64,000 bases of DNA from Kudoa neothunni (taxonomy: Eukaryota; Animalia; Cnidaria): positions 14,198,061 through 14,262,060 of the forward strand of contig OZ199838.1 in assembly GCA_964304625.1 (NCBI GenBank), given 5' to 3'. The stretch's first letter is position 1; the number at the start of each line of letters is the position of its first letter. Position numbers and translations under genes: made by a program. Below, in pieces: positions 12,601 to 25,954 of the stretch. The notes beneath the pieces were generated by a model. It was not told the origin of the DNA, made no database searches, and worked only from the letters and a program-made list of their open reading frames with translations.

Positions 12601-15600
12601 TTATGCACGGTAATTTCATGCTAATAGAATTATGATAGCATTATCGAGGTCAGTAATAGGTTCAGAAACTTCAAAATTATCAGGAGAATTTATTGGTTGA
12701 TTAAAAATGATCCTATTCGAATAAAACTATAATCTGTAGAAAATAATATTCAATTCTCTAATAAATTGGCTTTGATCTCACAAATCAAGAGTTTCATTTC
12801 GGTTAAAACATAACTTAAAGCAACCAAAAATAGAAATAGAAATATTTTCCGTTTGAAGCACAATTGTTAGGTTGATAAAAATATTCAGACGTTGGACGAA
12901 TGTGAGTTTTCAATGCCAGCACATCCATAAGAGCCCATTTAACTAATTGAATTCAATAACAGATATGCTTATAGAATACAGTAGAGTTTGAAAACATGTT
13001 TTAAAAGCATATAAAAATATAATTTTTCTAATCAAATTAATTCAATATCTAAAAAAAATATCAAAATTAGGATTTAATTATTAGAATGTTTTCAACGGAG
13101 CAGATAAATTTATAAATATAAATTTATAGTAAATTGAGTCGGTCAAACTTTAAAATTAACATTAATTATTGAAATAATAATACTTTGACTATATAATTAA
13201 TAAGTTATTTCGGATCTTCAGATAATATAACAATAAATTTCACTGGATGGAGCTTATATCTTTTTAACTAAGTCGAACAGTCAAAAAGCTCATAAATAAT
13301 TTTTCAATTTCATGTTTCTGAGAAACGGCTTAATTTTTTTTCTTTGAATACCTAATCTTGTTCTAACCTAATAAAAAGTATGTTTAAAATACTGTGAAAA
13401 TGTTTAAAATTAACAATCAAACGTTCAATATTCCGATTCTATCAAAAGACAGCTTATTAATACCACATCTTAAACCAGCGTTGGGCAAACGTTTCTATCC
13501 GCGGACCACATAGCGGTAATATTTTAAGACAGGAGTCACAACATTCAAAAATAACCTTTTATACTAACATTAGAATGCAAATAGAACAATAATTTATTTT
13601 TTTAAATTAATTTATTTCTAATCGAATAAACGACACCATTAAGATATTGTTTTTTACGTAATGTGAATAAGATACATAATGAATATTGAATAAAACAAAA
13701 TTTTGCTCAGATTCATAATGGAAGAGCTCGAGGGCCGCACAAGAATCTTTCATAGGGTGAAATTCGCCCACTCCTGTCTTAATCAAAGAATCTATAATCT
13801 GAGACATTACTGAAAAAATTGTTTTTAAAACAACCGAAAATTTTTTACATCAATATATTTCGAGTAACTCTTGCTTTATCAATGAAATACCTTCCAAATG
13901 CCAATCCATAAAATGAACAATAATCAAATGCTTCATAATAAATTTTTGCAATCCAAAAATGACTCAATCAGAATTACATCTAATTAAATTGTTGCATTTT
14001 AACTTAAATAAAGTGATTTTTTGATGACATAGGCTGATATAAATTAAAATTTTCGAATTTATTCACTCAATTTTATTAGGCCTAAATGAATAAATTATAA
14101 TTATTTTCCGATTCTAATTAAAAAAGTAACTAATATTCAGCGAGGTTGTATAATATGTGAGGCCACTCACCAATTAAATTATGATAGTCCACCCTTTATG
14201 AAATTTTTCACCTCGATTTTAGTTAGTGTCACATATAAGCTTAAAATAAATAAACAAAGTTAAGTTTACTGAAAATGAAGAAAGCAAATTTTGTGGAAAA
14301 TCATTCAAGCTTTGTTTTTATTTTATATATTCCCGATTTTAATGCATAACCTACTTCATGTTAATTTCTAAGTGATCCTTTGTTCTGATAAGATTCTTGA
14401 ATCAAATAAATGTTTAAAATGTATATTTTCATATTAATAATATACGTAACTGATGATTTCGAACAATTTTAATTCCCTTTTATTTTTGGCATGCTCATTA
14501 CATTATAAGTATAATGGTTATTCTTGGATTTTATTAAAAATTCTTTTAATCATATTCCTCGACAAGCGTAATATCCTACCCAGGATATTTTATATGAAGA
14601 CAAATGAGTACATCATTTCAAAAAATATGTAAAAATTCCCATGATAAAGCATAAAATTTTAATCTCCCATTTTTTGGAATATTTGATTTCGATAAAATAT
14701 TTTGATATGAAAAAAAGTGTTACAAGCAATAAATAATCGGAAATCTCATCGAATCTTGAACAAATCATTACCATTTATCCAAAAACTGTATAATAATTAA
14801 TTAAATAAGTCGGAAATTAACGCATAAATCAATTATCAAAATGTTTAAATTTAATTATTTTATTTAGAAGAATTATTCACGCATTTATGATAAAAATAAT
14901 CAAATTAAATTATTTCCTATTGAATTAATGGAAAAAGCGCCAAAATAACAATATACCGGACTCAATCATTTCAGCGAGCAACAATAAAAACAATGAGGTA
15001 GCATCCAGCTGTAAATGACCCCATTCATTGTCTCCTACGATTGTGGTACCACTCTCTATGGAAGTTTCAGTTAAAATATGCGTTACACATTTCAACAACT
15101 ACCATAACTATATTTGGCGTGAAGTGAGTCATTGCAAGAGAGCGATTTTTTAAATTTTTCGACTTTACTTGTCTGGTTATCAGAATAAACTATGTAAAAA
15201 CGAGAATCTGAAAAATCAACCCACTTGTCGCATCATGGATTTGAGAAGACTTTGCATCAATTTAACAGTTAACTACGTTAAGAAAAATATAAAAAAATAA
15301 TAACAACTACACCATAAAATGATCAACACGAATTAAGGCGAGTAAATACATTTTCCAATTCATCAGCTCTTGGCACATTGATGTCATTGTCGTACGCTTT
15401 TCTGTAAGCCAAAGCAAGAGCCCAAGCAGAAATAATGCCGTACACATTGTCTCTAACCCATGCGTCTTTTAACGCCATCATGGGCCCTCCTTTAAAAAGT
15501 GTGGCTGGCAAAAATCCTGTTATAGGATGCTACGAGAAACGAATGTGGTTCACAAAACCAATTCACTCTGATAACAAATACCTGATACTTCAGGATAGAA

Positions 15601-15659
15601 TTTTCTAATATATTATAGATGTGTTCTAATTTTGATATGGTTGATGCAGTAGCCACCAT
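6686..15659 (-). CDS. PHKA: Phosphorylase b kinase regulatory subunit alpha (multi-exon)
   Basis: ATG at 15659; exons give ILKYQ|[109 protein letters not shown]; one 2.6-kb intron (14956-12349). Confidence 0.95.
13476..13776. mobile_element. hAT (Buster-type) MITE inside the large PHKA intron
   Basis: Imperfect TIRs CAGCGTTGGGCAAA / TTCGCCCACTCCTG; 8-bp TSD tcttaaac / tcttaatc (central TA). Confidence 0.7.
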
Positions 15660-15818
15660 TTTTAGAAGGAAAAATGTTTAAAATTTTTAAACCGAATTTT
15701 CGTTTGGGTCCGTTATGTTTCGCATGTCTGACTCCTAACTTCGGCATATCGTTGTTTGTTCAGTCAGTGTTGTTAGGGTTCATCACAAACGTTTAATTCC
15801 AGTGTTATTTTCAATCTA
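15660..15818. promoter_or_regulatory. Putative bidirectional promoter between PHKA and EMC7
   Basis: Divergent start codons only 159 bp apart; locally CpG/GC-richer. Confidence 0.6.
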
Positions 15819-16604
15819 ATGAGACTATTATTTTTATTATTTTTGACGACGAAAATTGTGTTTTGTGATGTCAAGGACGACACCGATGACGAATATGTAG
15901 ATAAACAAATTAAAAAATCACTGGAAAAATCTACAGAAGGATTTATTGTTGAAGGGTTGTTCCACTCAAACAATACCGTATATGGTAATGATTTGAGTCT
16001 ACTGATTGAGCTTATCTACAGCATTAAACCAAATCGATCTAGATATACCAAATATGATAATCTATATGAATGGAAAATCGAAAGAATTCTACGTCGACAA
16101 CAATAGAAAAACTTTTTATATCATGGATGTTCTACCTGATTCCTACGTAGTGGATATTGTGATGAGCGAGTATTTCATTCCCACTTTCAAAGTTATTGTT
16201 AACAATGATGGTCATGTTGATGTGAAAAGCATCAATATGAACAATCCTTTAACCACTAAAGTTATGCCCTATCCTATTACTATTGATATTAGCTCCAAGA
16301 GCAGATTTTATATAGAGACACCGTCATTGACTGTGCTTTCGCTTCTGTCCAATCCTATGGTAACTAATCCATTATTTGATTTGTTTATTTATTAGAAACG
16401 AATTAGATTATAATGTCGTTGTTTGGAATTGTTATGATGGTTATCACCAAACCATTGACTGAGTATATCGATCGTATGGATAAGGAGGAATTGGAAGAAT
16501 CTGAAAAAACAGAATCCAACCCTTCAATAGCCTCCAATAAATCCGCTTTAGATACTGATAAACAAGAATTGTTTAATTGGGTTTTCAATAATAGCACATT
16601 TTAA
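15819..16604 (+). CDS. EMC7: ER membrane protein complex subunit 7 (exons 15819-15984, 16022-16359, 16407-16604)
   Basis: Signal peptide, beta-sandwich-like F.IMDVLPDSYVVDIV..EYF.P...V.V, and SLLSNPM|IIMSLFGIVMMVI TM segment followed by D.MDKEELEE; 37- and 47-nt introns join three ORF-track fragments. Confidence 0.8.
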
Positions 16605-17918
16605 TTTGTGATATTTTATTTTACTGTGATATGTATTTGAAAAATATTTGTCTTATTAAATGTTTACAATAAATTAATTTCTGCTATATTTTATCGGGTT
16701 TTCCAGAGAGTTTCACTGTTACCCATTACATTCTTATATCTCAACAACCTAACCTCTATAATTGGCATGAACAGCATAATCTCCTCTGGAATTTAATTAT
16801 AATTATCAGCGTTACTCAAAGAACAGTTATTTCGAAAGAGTGCTAAAGCAACCAATATTAGCTGGTGCTGGTGACGTGTTTCTTCTTGAACAGTAGTGCG
16901 CGAACTTTTGGAGTCTCGGGCCAAATTTTAATTTTCGAAAACTTCCAGGACCAGAAAATTTAAACCTAAAGTTAAAGCTCACACTTTGGATAGATTAATT
17001 AATATTTAAAATAATTCATGAATAATAAGTTTATGAAATGTTCTACATTGAATAACTGATGACAACAAACAAATAATATTCGTCCCCTGTTGAAAAAACA
17101 ATATTTTTCTGTCCGGGCGTCATGAAATTTTATAGTTTCATCATTAACTTTACTTTTTCGGATTTCAGTCATTTTAGCTTGGTACTGGGATAAAAATAAC
17201 CTAAATTAAAAATGAAATCTACTTTGGGTGAACAAAATGGTTGTGTGCGTGTTTGTGGAACGTCGTCTAAATTGCCGAGCTGATAATGCGTACAATATCA
17301 ACTCTAACAGATGTTTTTCCTTTGCGTCAAAGTTTATTTTACGTTTTATTTATATTTCTTATAGAAATTTTCGAAAACTTTGATTTTTGCGCACTATATA
17401 AATATCTTATTATTTCGCATCGTTTATAAAACGTACTTTAATTGTTTGGCTTAGTTTAACTGAACTTAAACTTCGGATCAATATGCTTCAGCGAATTTAT
17501 TAATTATAAATCCGCCCAGCACCCGCATGATTATCTTCTCCTCTATACACGCTCAAGAAGAAAGAAATAAAATTAGCACATGAACTTCTATTAACAACTC
17601 TTTTCTGTATAGAATGGTGAAATGGCTGGTACGAATAAATCGTTTTGCATACTTAGAGATTTTTTTGATGTTGCGTTCTTAACGGTTCACATATAATAAA
17701 AAACTCAATAAATTTTTTTAGTAGCTTCATTAAATGTTCTCGATATATTCAATATCTAGATCAGGAGTGGTCAGATCGGGAGTCAACTTTAAGGTTGCCC
17801 AAATTTTCAAGAGCCACATAGCATTAAAATCATTTATATACTTCTTCCTTATTTAAAATTTACATTTTTCGAAAATTTGTGGGAAATCATAAAATAAAAT
17901 ATTGTAGAATTATAGATA

Positions 17919-18462
17919 CAGTAGGCAACCGATAATACGCACCAAAGATGCGCACGTGTTCAATTTTATTTTGTGTTTTCCTCATTTTCCAGCATGGGTA
18001 TTACACCGTTTATTCAAGTAGAATAACAAAAAAATATTGTTAAGATTATTTAGCTAAAAAATACTTTACAATTTTTGGTTTAATCATATTAATTGATAAA
18101 ATATTTGTCCTTTAACATTGCGAGAAAATTCGGCGAATGGCCTGTTCCTTCAAATTATAAATATTATTTTATTTCTTATTCATCTTTTAGCGCAATATGA
18201 AGAAATTTTCTTTATATTTGTACCCTAAAATCTTTATTTATATGCATCTATAACATTCTTTAATTGACAACTAACATTGTCTTGATATAAATTTTATTCT
18301 ATTTTCATTGAAATGATCATTTTTTCATAGATGTATCAAAAAACCTTTTCTATTCGTTCAAAAATTCAACCGCCAAAATTAAGATTTTGTCCTCGTTTCC
18401 AGTAAAAACAATTTAATCTACGTGGTTTGGCCGAAAAAGTGCGTATTATCAGTTTCCTACTG
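17919..18462. mobile_element. Tc1/mariner(pogo)-like MITE nested in the hAT element
   Basis: TIRs CAGTAGGCAACCGATAATACGC / GCGTATTATCAGTTTCCTACTG (20/22 match), preceded by TA. Confidence 0.8.
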
Positions 18463-18720
18463 AATGGGGTTTTTAATTTTTTTTATTCAGTAAATCGCTT
18501 AAAAAATTACATATAATTTTTATAGGTATATTTTATGATGGTTTTTTCGAAAAAAGTAAATTTATAGTTAATGACCCAAAAAACATTTTCTCTATGAAAA
18601 AGGTCGCACAAATAATAAAATCAAAAATTCATGAATAAAATAACATAAGGATATAATGCTTTCGAAATAATTTTTTAGAAATTGTTTTTAATGTTATAAG
18701 TTTTTTATGGTTCCACATTA

Positions 18721-18948
18721 TCAGTGACCTGACGGTAATCCAGTTCGTATGCTGTTAACGCTGTACGAATTAGTTCCGTTAAGTGTTTGTTTGTGAGGAA
18801 AGGATCCGCGACGCTTCAATTTTACAAATTTCATCGTCGAATAAATATACTCACAACAATAGGTTTTTCCGAAGATAGAAACAAGTTTGAGGTGAATTTG
18901 TTTTAACTTTGAATATTTTGTTCTAGAAGGTATTTCCACAATTCCCAT
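18721..18948 (-). pseudogene. hAT/Buster transposase dimerisation-domain fragment
   Basis: YSKLKQIHLKLVSIFGKTYCCEYIYSTMKFVKLKRR matches the Buster/GTF2IRD2-type FGSTYLCE..FS.M...K.K.R motif. Confidence 0.8.
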
Positions 18949-19744
18949 GGTGAGTTGGAATTATGAATCATGTTTAAAGCGTGAATGAGTTTTGTATTCT
19001 TTCGAAATCTATCATTTTGATAATGGATAAACACTAGCTCTAAATATATTTCCTAATGAAACTAGTAATAATTCTAATGTGCATCAAATATTAAAACTAT
19101 ATGGTAGTTTGTAACCATGTTTTCTAATCAAAAATTTTATCTAATTTACGATTAAAGATATCATTTCTTCATTTGATTGAACAGTTTAAACGTTGTACTT
19201 TTCCGAATTAACGTGTTGGTTGAATTTTTTTAAATTCAACTAAAGAAATTTTTTTCAAGAGCGATATGCAGCCGGCGAGCCACGGCTTGGCCACCCCTGA
19301 TCCAGATAAACCATTTGAAGTTAAATAATCGAACGCTTTTTGCATTTCAATTAAAGTATACCATTAATCTGAACAAAAATTGGGTTCATCGCAGCCACAA
19401 AAAAAGCTCATTGAGGCCGGAGTTTGTGCACCCCTCACCTATACCCACATCAGTTTCACTCATATTTTGTGAAGGCCAAGCGGAGTCACGTGGCTTTATT
19501 TGATCAGAGTAACAATACATTCATGAACAATAATTTAGAATATTAAATCGATTATTTTTACTGGAAAATATTTATCATTAGGTCGATTCACTTTAATTGT
19601 TTATTTTTCAAAAACTTAAAATTATTGGCTATCCTACATTATCTGATTCATCATCGGGCGGTCAAAAACATGCGATCGGTAAAATTAGCAAAGTATTTTA
19701 AAATGTAAATAAGTTCATTATATATTGACATAAAACTTCCATTC

Positions 19745-20290
19745 CTCCCATAGGATTTCGTCCATGAAATAAGAAATCATCCAACTAATCAAATAGAGTT
19801 TCAGGATTTAATTGGTAATACTGTTGTACATACGTTTAAAGGCACCCCAGCTTGCCTCATTTCTATTAATGTGAACTTCTTGAGGTATAATATAGTACTA
19901 TTTATGAATGACTGCGCCATGAATAAGTCCGAGGCCGGCCAAACATTTGTGCCTTCTTCAATATGGTCAACGATAATTTTTTTGCGGCAATTCCCTATTT
20001 CTTACTTTACAAATTCTTAAAAAGTAATTTTCTTATTTCTTCGGTCATATTGTACTGCTGTTTTTGTAGAACTCGACCAACATTAAATTTCCGCTTGCAG
20101 ATGGCGGGTTCGTCTTTTAAACTATTTTGTCGGGACTACCAATCTAGGAAAAATCATAATTCAGTTTTGATACCACTTGATCCCCTGCAGTGGTTTTCTA
20201 TATACTTAAGTTGCGCAAGGCCTGATTACAATGTAAAATTAGCAGATATCTTTTATAGACGGAGATTTGACATCTCATAAATAATCCATT
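19745..20290 (-). pseudogene. Merlin (IS1595/ISXO2-like) transposase remnant
   Basis: Degenerate minus-strand translation DEPAICKRKFNVGRVLQKQQ...IIVDHIEEGTNV...HGAVIHK*YY..PQEVHINRNEASWGAFKR resembles DES...KRK.NRGR, I..GT.I and H..VNHS.....G.HTN.IE..W...KR. Confidence 0.65.
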
Positions 20291-20329
20291 TTCTTACATA
20301 ACATCTTTTATTACACATGTAAAATTTAA

Positions 20330-20833
20330 AGTGGATTTTATCACTGTTATCTATCCTGATATATAAACACATTCTCCTACCACATCAACACTTATTATAC
20401 TCATGTAGGAGGTTAATGTTTCGCGTCACCTTGATGAAATAATGTAGGTCTCCTCTAAAATGTGTATAATCCACAATTGCTACACTATTTCTATTTTTGA
20501 AAGTAACTGTTTTGCTGAATTTATATGTCGCGCTAGTTAATTCCGAAAACGCCGCCCAATGATGAACCGGATAATGTAGGATAGCCAAATTATTCAGAAA
20601 CGGTTTTATATAACAATTATCTTCGATCCAACCCGACACAGTGCCGACGAGATTAGAATGGATTAATTACACAAATGTATGGCTTTTTTCTTCAAATTTA
20701 GTCGACAGAAATTTTTTAAACTGAAAAAAAAGATATATCTATATTTATTAAGTTAATTAATAAAACAAAAAACTGGGGTCTTTTTGACCCCAAACATCTT
20801 TGGAGGGTAGTCGTTTTCGCTGAACTTAGAGGG
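20330..20833 (-). mobile_element. piggyBac-like remnant
   Basis: Terminus ...TTAGAGGG|TTAA with subterminal GGGGTC-N5-GACCCC palindrome; decayed VAIVDYTHFRGDL resembles the piggyBac YN..MGGVD region. Confidence 0.5.
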
Positions 20834-22518
20834 TTAATAAACGAATAATCGTTACTTATTAAATTTAATTTAACGAATAAAACTTTAACGTAAGTTACGA
20901 ATTAACGGTAACTTACTTTATGAAATTAATTTATTTCCTCTTGTTTCGAGCTCGTTATGGTTGGTTGGGAACCAAAATATCGAATATCGATACATTTCTA
21001 TTAAGAGCGTGCGCAGTTAATCAACTCTATAGCTTATTTGTGAGTATAATAGAGCTATTTATCCTCCTCAAAGCATCCCCTCATAAAATAACTTACTTTT
21101 ATTTCGATTTATTAACAAATGCACGGATTTATTATTTATATTGTTTCCTCTAATCATTTTTGGCGAATAGGTGAGAGAAACATTGAGACATTGTCGCCAT
21201 TTTTTGATGAACATTTTGGATACACTAATAAAACAATTGTGTAAATTCTAAGCAACACTATCACGTGACAATACCACAAAATATCTATAACTGTATCTGT
21301 AGGGGGTTATTTTTTATTGGAAGGTGTTAATTCACTTAAATTTTAACAGTACGATAAATGTGTTAATCGTTGTACTTAATCGCTTAATGAAAACAGAAAT
21401 AGACAATTATTATTTCATGTTTCAATGATGTTGTAAGCTAATAATAACGATAATGACCACCAATATTAGGCAGCGGTCAAATTTTGGCATATTTCTAATT
21501 AATAGGATCAAGGTTCTGAGATTTTTAGACAACGAACAGTAAACAAAAATGCATTATGAATAGCAATATCTAATGTTTTACTAGCTAAAATATGGAAATA
21601 TTGTCGTCTATTCCCGACGCAATAACAGATAGTATAGCTAAAAGTACATTCAATAGAAATACGATTTGTGAACGAATTTTCTCTCTAATATAAGATTATA
21701 TAATAATTAGTGGGACCTGTGATCAAAAGATCGATTGCAAAACGGAAATAAACGAAATTAAATAAAAATATAGAAATTTGTATTTATATAAAAATGCAAT
21801 GTTGTACCAATCCTATGTATTTAGTGTTTATAAAGATATCTAAAAAATACAAATGTCCACGTTGAATCTACATATTATCTTGGCTGTGGATAGGTGTTGA
21901 CTGTAATAAGCGTTATACATGAGTGAAAGCTAAGATACAGCTATAAATTTGTTATGAAAATAAATATAGATAAGAGATTAAATGGGTTATTGATTATATC
22001 TACAGAATCCTTAGCAATCAACTTCAAAATTTAGAAATCATCCAATAAAATGAGCGAATCAAAGAATTAATTGATTTTAAAAATCATGAAGCAAGGACCA
22101 CCAAGAAACCATGTTATACCATTAAATTTGTTCATTTTAGGCAAAATAAAATGACATATTTTTTATATCTATTGATTCGGTTGATTATCGTTCTAATACC
22201 ACCCATTGAATTAGTGAGTTTTAGTGGTGGTTGGCCGTTTGAACGATTTTTGTAGCACAGTTGTGAAAGTAATTAATAACATTTTTGTCAAATATAAGTG
22301 GTATCAAGTTGGTATAATTCTTTTATAGTTTTTTTAAATTAATGATTTGATTCATTGACTGAATATAACTGATTGGGTGGTGTGTTCAATACCTAATGCA
22401 TAATCTAGTCTAATGACTATAAAATGAGTGGATTTATTGTACAAATTGAATTAAGATTAATATACGTGCTTGATCTCTAAAACTGACTTTACAACTTCTA
22501 TTTAGAGCCATATATCTA

Positions 22519-25500
22519 ATGGGTGTAGTGGAAAGTTTGCATGTGGGTGATGTGTTCAATCCGAAATCGGGCCGTTTCATAATAAAAGGGAAAAATTACA
22601 ATCTAAAAGATGTTGTTGATGTGTATAACTCCTTGGTTGATGTAAGTTGGTTTGTGTATACACAAGTTGACCATCTTAAAATTTATTTCTCATAGAAAGT
22701 CACGTATTTTGAGAGAAAAGCGGCCGATTATCTCCATGAAAGAGACAGAAACTACAACGAAATTGAGCGTCTAAAAAGAGAGTTGGATCAATTGAAAAAT
22801 GTGTTAACATTGGTAATTAGCGAACTGTACATAACTAAACTCCGTTTTGAATGAAATTTCACATTATATTTTATTAATGTTAGAAAATCGACACCGAAGA
22901 TCTCAGAGCTGAACAGGGGTCAAATGAGAACATTTTTTCCAATACAAATATTTTGTCTGCCGGTACCAAACGTTACGGTGTTTCTGGTGAAACTACGAAA
23001 AATGAGAAGAACCCTATAAAGTCCAAGAAAAGTATCGAGTATTTTTTTCTTTCTTATAAAATATAAAATGATATAATAATTTTTGATAGATCCAAGAGAA
23101 TTATCTCGAGAGCTTTATGGGAAAATGATTTCCTTGAACATTTGGATAAAAGTCAAGTCACAGCTATAATCGACTGTATGCAACTAGTCACAGTGGAAGC
23201 TGGTAACTATGTTATCCGAGAAGGTGACACTGGAGATGGTTTCTATGTGATAAAGGGTAATTATTTCATCCAATAAACTTAAATATATATCTCAATCGTT
23301 GTATGAAATATTGAAAAAAATATTTCTAACGTATGGCGTTATGTATGCTCAAGTATCAACAAGAACAATAAAATATTAAACAAAAAGTCATGAGTATAGT
23401 ATTATTTTATGATGTAACCAACAAAGAGATTGCAATAACGTTTTCTCAATTTTTACAATTTGGTTAACATATGTGTTAATTGGTAGAGGGATTCCTGGAA
23501 GTTATTAAGGATTCCAAAAAAATCTCACAGAAGCCATTAACCACAGGAATTCTATTCGGAGAGTTAGCTATTTTATATAACTGTAAGAGAACAGCTTCTG
23601 TCAAAGGTAACCACTCAAATATACCTGGAATTGTATTCCATCTATTTTTTAGCCATAACAAATGCCTATTTGTATTTTATCAAAAGAGAAGTATATCAAA
23701 CAGTCATGAAGTTGAATATGACTGAAAGACGAATGGAAAATCTCGCGTTTTTAACGAGGTAATTTTATATTTTTTTGTATTTGTATTAGTCACAACTAAA
23801 AAAATCTAGTGTACCTGTGTTGGCAAAGTGTGATGATCTCACATTGAAAAAAATCGTTGACGTTGTTGATGAGATTGTGTACAGCGATAACGAATATATT
23901 ATCAGAGAGGGAGAAAAGGGAGATGCTTTTTTTATAATAAAGAACGGAAATGTAATCAGCATGATTCACAAATAGTTGTTGAATGATAAATTAAAACATT
24001 TTATGTTTATTTAAAAGGTCGATGTACTTAAAATGGAAAACAATATAATGGGAAAAATAAGAACACTTGGAAAAGGTGACTACTTTGGGGAGAAAGCCCT
24101 ACTAAAGTCAACCTAATATATTTAAACTAGATAGTTAATTATGATTATAGAAATGATATTCGATCCGCCAGTATTTTAGCTGTGGGAGAAGTTACGTGTT
24201 TATCTATTGAAAGAGAGTGATTCTCTTGTCTTATTGAAATCGAATGATGCAATGTTATTTTGATTTTTAGAGTTTTCTTACGTATTGCTGGAAATCTATT
24301 AGAAGCTATGGAGAAGGACTATGTGAAAAGTGTTATTCGTCAATCAAAGTACCCACTTACTCGTGATTCAATGCAATACTAGCATTATTATTTAGTTATA
24401 AGATTGATAATTATTTTTCAAAAATCAGCCTATCTACATTGTTAGAGTTCTCTAAATTTCAGCTTATTTCAACTCTTGGTAGAGGTGCTTTCGGAAAAGT
24501 TGAGCTGGTAATTTTGTTTTATGTAAAATCAGTAAAAATAATATTTCTAGGTCGAATACATCGATGATAAAAAACGATACGCTTTGAAACGGATGGATAA
24601 AGCACACATTGTAAAAACCAAACAACAAGAACACATTAACAACGAACGAGATTTCCTCGCTCAATCTGACTCTCCTTTTATTATAAAGTAACTAGTTACA
24701 TGATTGAAATAACTTATTGATGAGTTTGTCTTATGTGTAGATTGTATCAGACCTATAAAGACTCAAAAAATGTGTATCTTTTATTGGAAGCTTGCCTTGG
24801 TGGAGATCTGTTCACTATTTTACATACGGTGTAATGAAATTTGTCTGGTCATAAAATATACAACTTAAACTCATATTTAGGGAAAGGTTCGAGTCGAAGG
24901 CAGCTCGATTCTATGTCGGTTGCGTTATAGAAGCTTTGGACTACATCCATAGCAGGGGCTTTGTTTATCGTGATTTGAAAGTAGTTATCTCCAACTTATG
25001 AATAACAATATTTATTCTTGATACATTTAGCCAGAAAATATGATTCTCACACAGAGCGGCTATATTAAAATGGTAAATACAAATCAAAAAATTCAACTAA
25101 AACAACCTATAATTAAATAGGTAGACTTTGGGTTCACTAAAAGAGTATCTGGTGGTGAGAAAACATTCACTTTTTGTGGTACTCCAGAATATGTTGCCCC
25201 AGAAGTCATCCTTAGCAAAGTAATCCCTAACTTGTCACTTTATCCCAATAAACACAACCTTCAATTATCCAACCACTTAGGGCCATGACAAATCAGCGGA
25301 TTATTGGTCTCTAGGTATCTTGGTATTTGAATTGATCAATGGGAGGTATTTTTTGCATTGATTCACTGTCATTTCACCCCAACTCGAAAATATATAAATT
25401 TATTTATTTATTGGTTTTAGCCCCCCATTTACAAGCAATGATTCAATGACCACATATCGTCTCATTCTCAAAGGTATCGACAGCGTGAGTTTCTCAAAAA

Positions 25501-25954
25501 AACTGTCAAAATATGCTGCCAATCTTGTAAAAGCTCTGTGCAAGTACTTATAAAGTTCTGCTGATAAAATACTTTTGTTTAATTTGATCTCTATTTAAAA
25601 AAGTGTATTATCATATAAACGCAACTAAATTTAGGGAAAACCCTGCTGAACGATTAGGAAATCAAAAAGAAGGAATTGATGCAATACGCAAGCATAGGTA
25701 GCACTCGATTCCTTCTGTACTAACAAAATCTATGAATCTCTAAATTACAATTAGATGGTTTGAAGGATTCCATTGGAATGGACTACAAAATAGAACCCTC
25801 TCACCACCACTAATACCCAAGGTAGATCAATTTTTTAATACCACCTATAACGACTTTAAAGGTTAAAAAACATCAATTATCCAACGAATCATCAATGTTA
25901 TCATTCGTCCATGGTGCAGAAGATATGGGCATTGGTTGGGATGACCTTTTTTAA
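22519..25954 (+). CDS. PRKG: cGMP-dependent protein kinase (about 20 exons)
   Basis: Leucine zipper [16 protein letters not shown], pseudosubstrate KRYGVSGE, two cNMP domains ([16 protein letters not shown]; FGEKALL..DIRSASI), kinase [34 protein letters not shown]-terminal GWDDLF*; start exon inferred. Confidence 0.95.

Larger units (their letters stand above)
17762..19299 (+). mobile_element. Internally deleted Buster-type hAT transposon
   Basis: TIRs CAGGAGTGGTCAG / TTGGCCACCCCTG; 8-bp TSD atctagat / atccagat; contains a transposase C-terminal fragment and a nested MITE. Confidence 0.88.
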
